Shown: positions 38,819 to 47,614 of the stretch, piece after piece
Numbering within the stretch: the stretch's first letter is position 1
How the letters are laid out: every line of letters begins with the position of its first letter
Assembly (NCBI GenBank): GCA_964628055.1
Contig: CAZVNL010000004.1
Span: 7,209-71,208, forward strand
Origin: an uncultured bacterium
GTDB taxonomy: Bacteria > Fidelibacterota > Marinisomatia > Marinisomatales > TCS56
DNA length: 64,000 bases
Reading direction: 5' to 3'
Translations under genes and position numbers: made by a program
The notes under the pieces: generated by a model
What the model was told of the DNA's origin: nothing
The model's input: only the letters and a program-made list of their open reading frames with translations
The model's database searches: none

Positions 38819-39889
38819 ATGGCGGCACGGGGTATTATTCATTTTGATTTAGACGCCTTTTTTTGCTCGGTTGAGGTACTGCAAAATCCCGCCTGGCGGA
38901 AAAAACCGCTGGTTGTGGGGGGTGCGTCTAACAAGCGTGGGGTGGTTGCCTCGGCTTCTTATCCGGCGCGAAAATACGGTATACATTCGGCCATGCCCAT
39001 GGCTCAAGCCCAACGCCTTTGCCCCCATCTTGTCATTGTACCACCCCATTTTAAACGCTACCGGGCCTATTCACGAATCGTAATAGGGATTTTGGAAAAA
39101 GCAGCTGACGCGTTTCAACAAGTCAGCATCGACGAAGCCTACCTGGATGTGACCGGTCAATTGACCCACTGGGAGGAGATTATCGAAATTGGGAAAGCTT
39201 TACAGACCAAGATTGCCCAACATGTGGGATTACCGGCCTCCCTTGGCTTGGCAAGCAATAAGTTAGTTGCCAAGATTGCCTCCGCCTCTGCAAAACCTGC
39301 GGGCTTTACGGTAGTTACACCGGGCACTGAACGGACGTTTTTAGCGCCTCTGCCCATAGGTAAAATTCCTGGAATCGGTCCTCGTACCGCGGCGCGTCTG
39401 AACGCTTTTGGGATCCAGACCATCCAACAATTACAAACCTGTTCCTTGGATATTTTGAAACCCTTTGGCCGCTGGGGCGCCTTGATGATCCAATGGGCTC
39501 GCGGTGAGGATACCCGGCCGGTTCGTCAGGAACGCAGCCGCAAATCTCTCAGCCAGGAGCGCACTTTTCCCACGGACGTGACCGACCGGGAAGAGCTATT
39601 AAAATGCTTAACAGACTTGAGCGAGAAGGTGGCTGCGCGGCTTCAACAGAAAGAGCTATTTGCCCACACGGTTTTTATCAAAGTACGCTACTCCGATTTT
39701 ACGACCTTTACCCGCCAGAGGCGGTTGCTTCGACCGACCAATTCTATAGGGATGATTAACAAGATTGCCAGGGAATTACTGTTGCAGGTCTGGGATGGGC
39801 GACGACCCTTGCGACTTTTGGGTGTGGGGGGCCGGAAATTCGATTCGGGAGGGAATCAGCTCTCCTTTTCTTTCTCAAACAAGGAGTAA
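38819..39889 (+). CDS. dinB: DNA polymerase IV
   Basis: 356 aa with motifs IIHFDLDAFFCSVE, SIDEAYLDVT and the little-finger domain. Confidence 0.93.
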   Translation: MAARGIIHFDLDAFFCSVEVLQNPAWRKKPLVVGGASNKRGVVASASYPARKYGIHSAMPMAQAQRLCPHLVIVPPHFKRYRAYSRIVIGILEKAADAFQQVSIDEAYLDVTGQLTHWEEIIEIGKALQTKIAQHVGLPASLGLASNKLVAKIASASAKPAGFTVVTPGTERTFLAPLPIGKIPGIGPRTAARLNAFGIQTIQQLQTCSLDILKPFGRWGALMIQWARGEDTRPVRQERSRKSLSQERTFPTDVTDREELLKCLTDLSEKVAARLQQKELFAHTVFIKVRYSDFTTFTRQRRLLRPTNSIGMINKIARELLLQVWDGRRPLRLLGVGGRKFDSGGNQLSFSFSNKE

Positions 39890-39892
39890 CGG

Positions 39893-40429
39893 TTAGCCTT
39901 CTTGCTCAGCAGGTGAAATAAGCGACAATAGTTCCTGGTAGATTTGGTAATTTTCCCCGTCAAAACAGCAAAAGATGACGGTTTCCGGTAGGGGGTGTTG
40001 ATCTAAGAATTGTTTCACGGTAGTGAAGGCAATCCGGGCGGCTTTTGTTTTCGGAAAACCATAGACCCCGGTACTAATGTTCGGGAAAGCCAAGCTCTTG
40101 AGGCAATGTTTTTCCGCCAGTTTCAAGCTGGACAGGTAAGTCGACTCCAGCAAGGCTGGTTCCTGCCGATGACCTCCCCGCCACACGGGCCCTACGGTGT
40201 GAATGATAAAGCGCGCTGGTAGCTTATACCCCTTGGTAAGGCGAGCTTCTCCCCTGGAACAACCTCCGAGGGTTCGGCATTCTTCTAATAATTGTGGTCC
40301 TGCCGCCCGGTGAATGGCGCCATCCACCCCGCCCCCACCCAAAAGAGACGTATTGGCCGTATTCACGATAGCCTCCACGGGAAGCGTGGTAATGTCGCCC
40401 CGTAGCACCTGGATCCTGCCTTTTCCCAT
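39893..40429 (-). CDS. macro domain protein (O-acetyl-ADP-ribose deacetylase, YmdB-like)
   Basis: 178 aa with motifs [29 protein letters not shown] and ISTGVYGFP. Confidence 0.9.
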   Translation of the reverse strand: MGKGRIQVLRGDITTLPVEAIVNTANTSLLGGGGVDGAIHRAAGPQLLEECRTLGGCSRGEARLTKGYKLPARFIIHTVGPVWRGGHRQEPALLESTYLSSLKLAEKHCLKSLAFPNISTGVYGFPKTKAARIAFTTVKQFLDQHPLPETVIFCCFDGENYQIYQELLSLISPAEQEG

Positions 40430-40557
40430 ACGGGGAAATTAATAAATTCCACCTTATTATTCTTCGGTTGGATTGCTGCCTCTTATCTCAACGACGGCGA
40501 AGAAAAAGGGTCGTGACTCTGGCTGAACTGTAGTAATTTTCTAAGAAGAGAGGGTTT

Positions 40558-40899
40558 ATGAAAAAAGCACTTTTCATCATTATTCTTTTAACCGGGTTTT
40601 TGTGGGCCCAGGAAGCGGTTCCCGATAGCCTCCTTACGGAAGATCAGTAGACCAGTTTTGATAAAGTGCAGCACCTGAGTTTCAGTTGCCTGTGGATGTT
40701 GAGCGTCCAGTACGTGTTGGTTAACAAAGGAGGGTTTCGTGAAGAAGCGGGCTATCCTGTGGCTCTATCCGCTGGGGTCCTATTAGGTTTAGAGAAGGAA
40801 TGGTATGATAAACGCCGTCCCCAGGGCTATTTCAGTCGGCGGGATTTAGTGGCCGGTGGCGTTGGACTGGCCCTGGCTTCCCTGATCATCCTGTTTTAA
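40558..40899 (+). pseudogene. small secreted or membrane protein interrupted by an in-frame TAG
   Basis: ATG 40558 encodes the signal peptide MKKALFIIILLTGFLWAQEAVPDSLLTEDQ. TAG lies at 40648-40650. The same frame continues as TSFDKVQHLSFSCLWML... to 40899, where the ORF track calls only 40666..40899 from a GTG. Confidence 0.55.
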
Positions 40900-40923
40900 C
40901 CCTCACTAGCAAGAGGAGCTACC

Positions 40924-41988
40924 ATGCCACCTATTACGATTGCTTTGGATGCCATGGGGGGCGATCACGCCCCTCAAGAAATTGTTGCCGGCGCTTTAGA
41001 GGCGATGCGCTCTCACCCGGTAAAAATCATTTTTGTAGGTGACCGCCAGGCTATCGAAGAACATGTTCAACAACGTGGTACTGAACCTGGCTCGTATGAA
41101 ATTCTCCACACTCCCCAGGTGATAACCATGGAAGAAGCCCCCAAGGAGGCCGTGGAGCAAAAGCCGGATGCCTCCATTGCCCTGGCGGCGCAATTGGTGG
41201 GCTCGGGGAAGGCCGACGCCCTGGTGTCGGCCGGGAGTACCGGATCGGTAGTGTTGTCGGCGGCGAAATATATCCCCCGGATTTATGGAGTACGGCGCAC
41301 CGCCATTGCTACCGTTTATCCCACGCTAAATGAGAGTAAACGGCAGGACAATCTCGCATTAATGGTTGACGTGGGGGCTAATGTGAAGTGCAGCGCCGAA
41401 GAACTGGTACAGTTTGCCATCATGGGGTCGGTTTACGTGGCGGATATTCGCGGGGTTACGGACCCGAAAGTGGCTCTGTTGAATATCGGGGAAGAGGCCA
41501 CTAAAGGGGGCAAAAAAATGCAGGAAGCCTACCGTTTGTTAAAGAAGGTGCCGGGCATTTCCTTTAGCGGAAACGTTGAGGGAAAAGACATCTTGCGGGG
41601 GATTGTGGACGTCATCGTTACCGAAGGATTTGTGGGGAATATTGTGGTGAAGACGTTGGAAGGGGCGGCCAAGACGGTAAGCCAGTTGGGAAAAATGGCT
41701 TTCAAAGCCCGATTGGGTTGGAAGGTTGGCTTGTTTTTCCTGCGTAAAGGCTTGGCTATCTTACGGGAAGTTACCGACTATACAGAATACGGCGGGGCAC
41801 CCCTATTGGGGTTCGATAAAATCGTGATTATTGCCCACGGTCGCTCCAACGCCAAAGCTGTGGCCAATGCCATTAAGTTGGCCAGTAAATGCGTACGGGA
41901 CGATGTCTGTGGGATCATTGCGAAAAAAATCCGTACTTTTGAGACCGAACCGGGACGTGAATATGGACGTCTGTCAGACGAGTATTGA
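40924..41988 (+). CDS. plsX: phosphate acyltransferase PlsX
   Basis: 354 aa with motifs IALDAMGGDHAP, SAGSTG and EGFVGN. Confidence 0.95.
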   Translation: MPPITIALDAMGGDHAPQEIVAGALEAMRSHPVKIIFVGDRQAIEEHVQQRGTEPGSYEILHTPQVITMEEAPKEAVEQKPDASIALAAQLVGSGKADALVSAGSTGSVVLSAAKYIPRIYGVRRTAIATVYPTLNESKRQDNLALMVDVGANVKCSAEELVQFAIMGSVYVADIRGVTDPKVALLNIGEEATKGGKKMQEAYRLLKKVPGISFSGNVEGKDILRGIVDVIVTEGFVGNIVVKTLEGAAKTVSQLGKMAFKARLGWKVGLFFLRKGLAILREVTDYTEYGGAPLLGFDKIVIIAHGRSNAKAVANAIKLASKCVRDDVCGIIAKKIRTFETEPGREYGRLSDEY

Positions 41989-42058
41989 GGGGGAGCAATT
42001 AGGACCAGATCAAAAAATTGATTTTGCACTAACCGGGTAAGATGTAGAGAGGATTTAC

Positions 42059-43057
42059 ATGGAGATGCAATACCGAACGTTGGGGAATTCAGGATTACGT
42101 TTGAGCGTTTTCTCTTACGGGTCGTGGATAACCTTTGGCAATCAGGTTGGTTTAGAAGAAGCCCAGAAGCTCATGAAGACGGCTTACGATGCTGGAGTGA
42201 ATTTTTTCGATAATGCCGAGGTTTACACCCAGGGGAAATCGGAAGAGATCATGGGGCAGGCGGTCCGTCGTTTGGGGTGGAGTCGGGATAGTTTTTGTGT
42301 GTCCAGTAAAGTGTTTTTTGGGGGGCAGCGTCCTACCCAGCGGGGGCTGCATCGTAAACACATCACCGAGGCCTGCCATGGGGCTTTACGGCGGCTTCAG
42401 GTGGAGTACCTGGACCTTTTTTTCTGTCATCGCCCCGACCACCATACCCCCATTGTAGAAACAGTGCGGGCCATGCATACCCTGGTTTTACAGGGGAAAA
42501 TATTGTATTGGGGGACTTCCGAATGGAGTGCCGATCAAATTCGTACGGCTTATGCCGTGGCCCGGGAGCATCATTTGACCCCTCCCACGATGGAACAACC
42601 AGAATATAACCTCTTCGAACGTCAGAAAATGGAACGGGAGTATCGGGACCTTTTCCGGGATGAACACCTAGGGACGACCGTTTGGTCTCCGTTGGCTTCG
42701 GGTATTTTAACAGGGAAATACAGCCGGGGGATACCTGAAAACACTCGCATGAAGGTGGAAGGTTATCAATGGTTACAGGAACGTTTGCTTTCCCCCGAAG
42801 GAAAGGAGCGAATTGCTAAGGTGCGGGAGCTGTCCCAATTGGCCGATGAAGTTGGGATTAAATTGGTCCATCTGGTGCTGGGGTGGTGTTTACAAAATCC
42901 CAACGTAAGCACGGTAATCTTAGGAGCCTCCAAAGTATCCCAATTGAAAGAGAACCTGAAAACCCTAAAAGTGTTAAACGTTTTCACCTCTGAGCTTATG
43001 GAGCAGATCGAGGGGATTGTCCAGACCAAACCGCAAATGCCCATGCAGTTTGAATGA
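42059..43057 (+). CDS. aldo/keto reductase (Kv-beta-like subfamily)
   Basis: 332 aa with motifs YRTLGNSGLRLS, FFDNAEVY, LDLFFCHRPD and WGTSEW. Confidence 0.9.
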   Translation: MEMQYRTLGNSGLRLSVFSYGSWITFGNQVGLEEAQKLMKTAYDAGVNFFDNAEVYTQGKSEEIMGQAVRRLGWSRDSFCVSSKVFFGGQRPTQRGLHRKHITEACHGALRRLQVEYLDLFFCHRPDHHTPIVETVRAMHTLVLQGKILYWGTSEWSADQIRTAYAVAREHHLTPPTMEQPEYNLFERQKMEREYRDLFRDEHLGTTVWSPLASGILTGKYSRGIPENTRMKVEGYQWLQERLLSPEGKERIAKVRELSQLADEVGIKLVHLVLGWCLQNPNVSTVILGASKVSQLKENLKTLKVLNVFTSELMEQIEGIVQTKPQMPMQFE

Positions 43058-43074
43058 AGGACTTTTAGACAATT

Positions 43075-43845
43075 ATGGGTGACTGGCGGGAATTTTCACC
43101 TACTGTTAGGACTTCTTTGCGATTATATCCCTGGAGTAGGATACGTCCCATTCCCTGGGCCACACTGCCCAAGCCCCTTTGCCAGTCGAAAGTGGCGGTT
43201 GTCTCTACGGCAGGCCTGGTATTACCCACCCAGGAGGAGTTCGATCCGAGCATTAAGGGCGGCGATTATACGCACCGGGTTATCCCTGCGAATGTTGATT
43301 TGGAAACGCTTCGGGACACCCACCGTAGCCGCGTGTTCGACCACGACGGCTACCGTTCAGATCCTAATTTGGCTTTTCCCCTGGACCGGTTGCGGGAACT
43401 CCAGGAAGACAAGGTCATTGGAGCCCTGGGCGAACATCACATTTCTCTTATGGGGTCGATTACGGCGCCTGGTAGATTGAAAAAAATGACCGCTCCCAAG
43501 GTTGCCAATCTTTTTCTTGAAGAGGGTGTTGATGCTGTGCTATTGTTTCCGGTGTGACCTTTTTGTAACCAGACCGTGAGCCTGGTTGCGGCAACCGTCG
43601 AACAGGTGGGAATTCCTACCGTTGTCATTCAGTTTATTTGGGAAATTGCCAGGAAAATAAAACCTCCCCGGGCGTTATTAGTCCCCTATTGTCACGGATA
43701 CCCCCTGGGAGAACCCCATAATATTCCTCTTCAAAAGGACATTTTGCAGCGAGCGTTGAATTTATTGAACCATCCAGGACCACCACCAGTTTTAGAAACA
43801 TTCTCCCCGTCGGCTACACCGGTGACCCCTGAGAAAGGAGATTAG
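43075..43845 (+). CDS. GrdB/PrdB-family selenoprotein (Sec encoded by TGA 43555-43557), short form
   Basis: ORFs 43075..43557 and 43576..43845 share one frame and are separated only by TGA plus 6 sense codons. The junction LLFPV-U-PFCNQTVSLVAATVEQVGIPTVV...PYCHGYPLGEP parallels the GrdB Sec region as I recall it. A candidate SECIS hairpin lies 7 nt downstream. Confidence 0.75.
43564..43590 (+). promoter_or_regulatory. candidate bacterial SECIS stem-loop
   Basis: UGUAACCAG (43564-72) pairs with CUGGUUGCG (43582-90), giving 7 Watson-Crick and 2 G-U pairs. The 9-nt loop ACCGUGAGC contains GU. The hairpin starts 7 nt after the UGA. Confidence 0.6.
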
Positions 43846-43875
43846 CTGTTTGGCTGCCAGAGAGGCTTTGTAGTC

Positions 43876-44097
43876 GTGAAATATTTTGGAAGGTATTTGA
43901 TTATAGTCGGGGTCATTTTACTTATTGTAGGTGGATTTATGTATTTTAGCGGGAGCAAGTTAAAGTGGATCGGTCATTTGCCAGGAGATATACGCATCGA
44001 ACGTGACTCTTTCCGGTTCTATTTTCCAATCACCACGATGGTTCTTTTTTCTCTACTGCTGACCTTGTTGATTCGTATCTATCAATGGTTTCGATAA
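43876..44097 (+). CDS. DUF2905 family small membrane protein
   Basis: 73 aa. The segment LPGDIRIERDSFRFYFPITT between two TM helices is the DUF2905 signature. Confidence 0.8.
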   Translation: MKYFGRYLIIVGVILLIVGGFMYFSGSKLKWIGHLPGDIRIERDSFRFYFPITTMVLFSLLLTLLIRIYQWFR

Positions 44098-44292
44098 AGT
44101 AACTGCCCCTAACGGTAATAGTCTACGACTCTTTTCCTAATTGTTCCCGTATTTGTCAAAAGGGCATACCCCTGGTGTATTAAACAGTTAATTTGTCCTA
44201 TTTTGCGCTGACAATACTCAAAAGTTCAGGGAAAAGGGAGTGGTACGGTGTTTGTGCCCTATTAAATGCCAGAGAACTGAAAAGGGAAGATT

Positions 44293-44475
44293 ATGAAAGA
44301 CAAGACGAAACATTTACAAACCTTACGAGTGCAGCAAAAAGTTGCCCGGTATATTCTGGAGCAGCAGAAAAAGAGTTTGGACGGTTGTGCATTGCCCGTA
44401 GTGAACTCCCAGGTTCTGCAGTTTGCACAACTCTTGCCCTTGTTAAAAAATCCAAACATAATGGCCCAAGCATGA
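44293..44475 (+). CDS. hypothetical 60-aa protein (uncertain)
   Basis: ATG follows AAGGGAAG. The product is helical and basic (MKDKTKHLQTLRVQQKVARYILEQQKK...). The stop overlaps the next mini-ORF (ATGA). A competing 129-aa TTG-initiated ORF exists in another frame. Confidence 0.3.
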   Translation: MKDKTKHLQTLRVQQKVARYILEQQKKSLDGCALPVVNSQVLQFAQLLPLLKNPNIMAQA

Positions 44476-44582
44476 GTGATATCATTAGATGGATTATAGG
44501 CAAGTTGTTAGGACCCTTTGTTCCAGAACCGGTTCCGGTACCGGTTGAGCCGGCGCCCCGCCCAAAGCCCAGAAGGTGTTAG
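44472..44582 (+). CDS. hypothetical 36-aa Pro-rich peptide (uncertain)
   Basis: The product is MSDIIRWIIGKLLGPFVPEPVPVPVEPAPRPKPRRC. Its start overlaps the upstream stop by 4 nt. A GC hairpin and T-run follow at about 44610-44636. Confidence 0.3.
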   Translation: MSDIIRWIIGKLLGPFVPEPVPVPVEPAPRPKPRRC

Positions 44583-44696
44583 TATGGCAGGTAATCTTTT
44601 CTGCTGAAGCCCCACCGGGGCACGACCCTTTTTTCAACCATTTTCTGTATAACTATTGAATCCCTACATTTCCAACCTCAGATTGTGTGAAATACA

Positions 44697-45584
44697 ATGG
44701 TTAACGCATTCCCTAAAGGAGATATAATTCTATTGGATGGCGCCCTGGGCACTGAACTCCAGCGTCATGGGGTGCCCTTACCGCTACCGTTGTGGTCTGC
44801 CGAGGCCAATTTGACTCACTCCGAGATCGTTGCTTCCCTCCATCAGGATTACGTGCAGGCGGGAGCCCAGGTATTAACGACCAACACTTTTCGGACCACA
44901 AGCTGGTCTTACGTCAAGGCCGGCTACACGCTAGCTTCGGCCCGACAACGTGCCCGGGAAAGTCTCTTACGGGCCGTGACCTTGGCTCGCAAGGCGGCGA
45001 CGCCAAATACGAGCGTTGCTGGTTCCCTGGCTCCCTTAGAGGATTGTTATCAACCCGACGCCTTTCCAGGGACGACCACCGCCCAGGAAATTTTCGAAGA
45101 AACCCTGAGCTGGTTCCAGGAAAAGGGTGTGGATTTATTGCTTTTAGAGACCATGGGAAATAAGGAGGAAATTGCGGCGGCGCTCCAGGTTGCGAAGAAG
45201 TTTCCCTTCCCTGTATGGCTGAGCCTGATTCTAAAAGACAGCAGCCATTTACTGGATAATTCCCCCTTGGAAATAGCAATATACTTGGCGAAAAAGAGCA
45301 ACGCCCAGGCAGTTTTACTGAATTGCAATAGTGTGAAACTTACTCAGGCAGGGATAACGACTTTACAAAGCCATTGGTCTGGGTTCTGGGGAGTTTATCC
45401 TAACGTGGGCGCTACTCCCGTCGAGCCGGATGGTACCATTGTGGCAACCATTCCAACGGATATTTTCCGGCGTTATGCTCGGGGATATATTGAAGCCGGG
45501 GCTAAGGTTGTAGGTTCCTGCTGCGGTTCTACCCCGGAACATACGCGGTTGTTGCGTCAGTTGATTGAGGAAGTGAAAAAGTGA
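44697..45584 (+). CDS. homocysteine S-methyltransferase family protein
   Basis: 295 aa with LLDGALGTEL and TNTF motifs. The zinc ligands include GSCCGSTPEH. Confidence 0.88.
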   Translation: MVNAFPKGDIILLDGALGTELQRHGVPLPLPLWSAEANLTHSEIVASLHQDYVQAGAQVLTTNTFRTTSWSYVKAGYTLASARQRARESLLRAVTLARKAATPNTSVAGSLAPLEDCYQPDAFPGTTTAQEIFEETLSWFQEKGVDLLLLETMGNKEEIAAALQVAKKFPFPVWLSLILKDSSHLLDNSPLEIAIYLAKKSNAQAVLLNCNSVKLTQAGITTLQSHWSGFWGVYPNVGATPVEPDGTIVATIPTDIFRRYARGYIEAGAKVVGSCCGSTPEHTRLLRQLIEEVKK

Positions 45585-45689
45585 CTTTACATCACCGAGC
45601 GAGAGGAGATAAAAAGGTAAGTTTTGCGCGGGCGAGATTATTGGAAAAGGGGAAATTGTGATTTCCGCGATAAATTTTGCTGGAGCAAT

Positions 45690-46427
45690 ATGAACCCGTT
45701 GGAATATAGTGGCTGGGGGATGTCCCACAAGGGGTATGTTCGACCGAAAAATGAGGATGCCTACCTTGTAGATAATCAATCCGGCTGTTATGCCGTAGCA
45801 GACGGGTTGGGAGGTCATCCAGGAGGGGAGATTGCCAGTCACCTCGCAGTGAACGCTTTTCAACAACAGGTTCTTGCTCGAAGGCATGCGGGAATATCGT
45901 TCAAGGAAGATGAGCTGATGGAATTGACGGAATCTCTCAACCGAACCGTATTGGTCTACGGACTTCAGCAACCGGAGGTGAGGGGGTTAGGGACCACCTT
46001 TTCTGGACTTGTGGTGGAGGGGGATGGCATCTGGATTCTGCACACGGGGGATAGTCGTATTTATGGGTTGACTGAAACAGGTAACCTCATCCAGTTGACC
46101 GAAGACCAGACCGTGGCCATGGATTTGGTCAACCAAGGTAAGTTAGATTTAGCGGAGGCCGAGCACCACGCCCATTGGCATATTCTTACCAGTTGCCTGG
46201 GAATGACCTCGTGCCGGCCGGAGGTTCTATCATTGAAAGCGAGGGGATATACCTATTTCTTTTTGTGCACCGATGGTTTGTCCAACCTCGTTAACGCTTC
46301 CGAAATACAAGCCGAATTGGCGGCCTCAGAGGACTCGCCTGAGGCTCTCTGTCGTCGGTTGGTTGATAAAGCACTGGTGCGCGGTGGGGTAGATAACGTG
46401 ACGGTAGTTCTGGTAACAATTAGATAA
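45690..46427 (+). CDS. PP2C-family Ser/Thr protein phosphatase
   Basis: ATG 45690 (MNPLEYSG...). Motifs NEDAY, AVADGLGGHPGGEIAS, GDSRIY and TDGL are present, with the C-terminal segment GGVDNVTVVLV. Confidence 0.9.
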   Translation: MNPLEYSGWGMSHKGYVRPKNEDAYLVDNQSGCYAVADGLGGHPGGEIASHLAVNAFQQQVLARRHAGISFKEDELMELTESLNRTVLVYGLQQPEVRGLGTTFSGLVVEGDGIWILHTGDSRIYGLTETGNLIQLTEDQTVAMDLVNQGKLDLAEAEHHAHWHILTSCLGMTSCRPEVLSLKARGYTYFFLCTDGLSNLVNASEIQAELAASEDSPEALCRRLVDKALVRGGVDNVTVVLVTIR

Positions 46428-46438
46428 TATCTATTGCT

Positions 46439-47182
46439 TTGGAGGGTAATGTCATACCGAACGTCACCATACAGCCTTTGGATTCTTCCCAGTATAGGAA
46501 GATTGTCTTTTTCACCGGCGCTGGAATATCCGTTGAATCGGGAATTCCCACTTATCGGGGCAAGGGAGGCATCTGGTGCAAATACAATTGGGAGGAATAT
46601 GCCTCTCAACAGGCTTTTAACGTCCATCCGGAAAAGGTGCTCAAGTTTCATGAAAAACGCCGGCGCACGGTTCGTAAGTGTGTTCCCAATCGGGGGCATG
46701 AGGTGATCGCCACCCTGGAACACCGACATCCCAGTGTTCATGTTGTTACTCAGAATATTGATGGATTACACCAACGGGCCGGGTCGGAAGAGGTCATCGA
46801 ATGGCACGGGAATATTTGGTATTTACGATGCGAGCGAGAAGGAATTCTTTACGAAGACTGGGGCAGGCAATATAAACGGCGGAAATGTGAGTGTGGTGCC
46901 TGGTTGCGACCTCATATTACCTGGTTTGGGGATTATTTGGATTCGGCGGTTACAAAAGCTGCAGAGGTGGTAATTTCCCAATCCGATTTGTTCATAAGCA
47001 TAGGTACTTTGGGAGTTGTGTGGCCGGCCTCCTTGTATCCTCAGTTAGCCCAGACAGTCCAGGCCTACTGCGTGGAAATCAATCCGGAACCCACAACCCA
47101 GAGTTATTTATTTCATGTTTGTTATCGCCAGCTAGCTAGTGTGGTTTTGCCACAGTTGTTTCCTGACACCATTCCATCATGA
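46439..47182 (+). CDS. cobB: NAD-dependent protein deacylase, Sir2/CobB family
   Basis: Motifs FFTGAGISVESGIPTYRG, TQNIDGLH and a HG..W..RC zinc-ribbon region are present. The start is uncertain (TTG 46439 or an in-frame TTG a few codons downstream). Confidence 0.88.
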   Translation: MEGNVIPNVTIQPLDSSQYRKIVFFTGAGISVESGIPTYRGKGGIWCKYNWEEYASQQAFNVHPEKVLKFHEKRRRTVRKCVPNRGHEVIATLEHRHPSVHVVTQNIDGLHQRAGSEEVIEWHGNIWYLRCEREGILYEDWGRQYKRRKCECGAWLRPHITWFGDYLDSAVTKAAEVVISQSDLFISIGTLGVVWPASLYPQLAQTVQAYCVEINPEPTTQSYLFHVCYRQLASVVLPQLFPDTIPS

Positions 47183-47227
47183 AATAGTTGACCTAACTTT
47201 AGTTAATGAGAAAGGGAGGTAAATCAA

Positions 47228-47497
47228 ATGAATAAAATCAGAGTCGAGTCGCTAACGAAAGCTGAATTAGAAGAACGGGGTGTGTTCCACTGGCCCATTT
47301 GGACCTGTGGTGTATCAGAGTTCCCCTGGGAGTACGATGTTCAGGAGTCGTGTTATCTTTTGGAAGGAGAGGTGGAAGTGAGCACGGTGGAGGAGTCCGT
47401 CCACTTTGGCGCCGGTGATTTTGTGGTCTTTCCCCAGGGTTGCCGCTGTACCTGGAAGGTGATTTCCCCGGTGAAAAAGCATTACACCTTCCATTGA
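47228..47497 (+). CDS. cupin domain protein (DUF861/cupin_3-like)
   Basis: 89 aa. The segment WPIWTCGVSEFPWEYDVQESCYLLEGEVEV is the typical pattern. Confidence 0.8.
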   Translation: MNKIRVESLTKAELEERGVFHWPIWTCGVSEFPWEYDVQESCYLLEGEVEVSTVEESVHFGAGDFVVFPQGCRCTWKVISPVKKHYTFH

Positions 47498-47614
47498 GAC
47501 TCTGGACAAGCGTCCGGAGAATAAATGGGACGCATTCTTTAATCGCTTGCTAAGTTTATCAAAGGATACCTTCGTGATGGGAGGCGTGGCAGTTGCCCGA
47601 ATGGAGGGGCTTAA

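Noticed and set aside
40648-40650. In-frame TAG codons (here and at 19884-19886) as evidence for TAG reassignment or pyrrolysine
   Set aside because: TAG terminates several well-defined genes in this window at the expected C-termini (bactofilin, the GHL10 gene, csp, the atpI-like gene). No pyl genes are present here.
45363-45971. 202-aa antisense ORF, and many similar 60-180-aa ORFs inside or opposite strong genes (for example 21468..21938, 22413..22889, 55283..55816, 10477..10866, 27236..27637, 46253..46741)
   Set aside because: These are shadow ORFs on the opposite strand or in an alternate frame of genes with clear family motifs. Their composition is biased (Arg/Pro/Ser-rich) and they have no RBS or recognisable domains.
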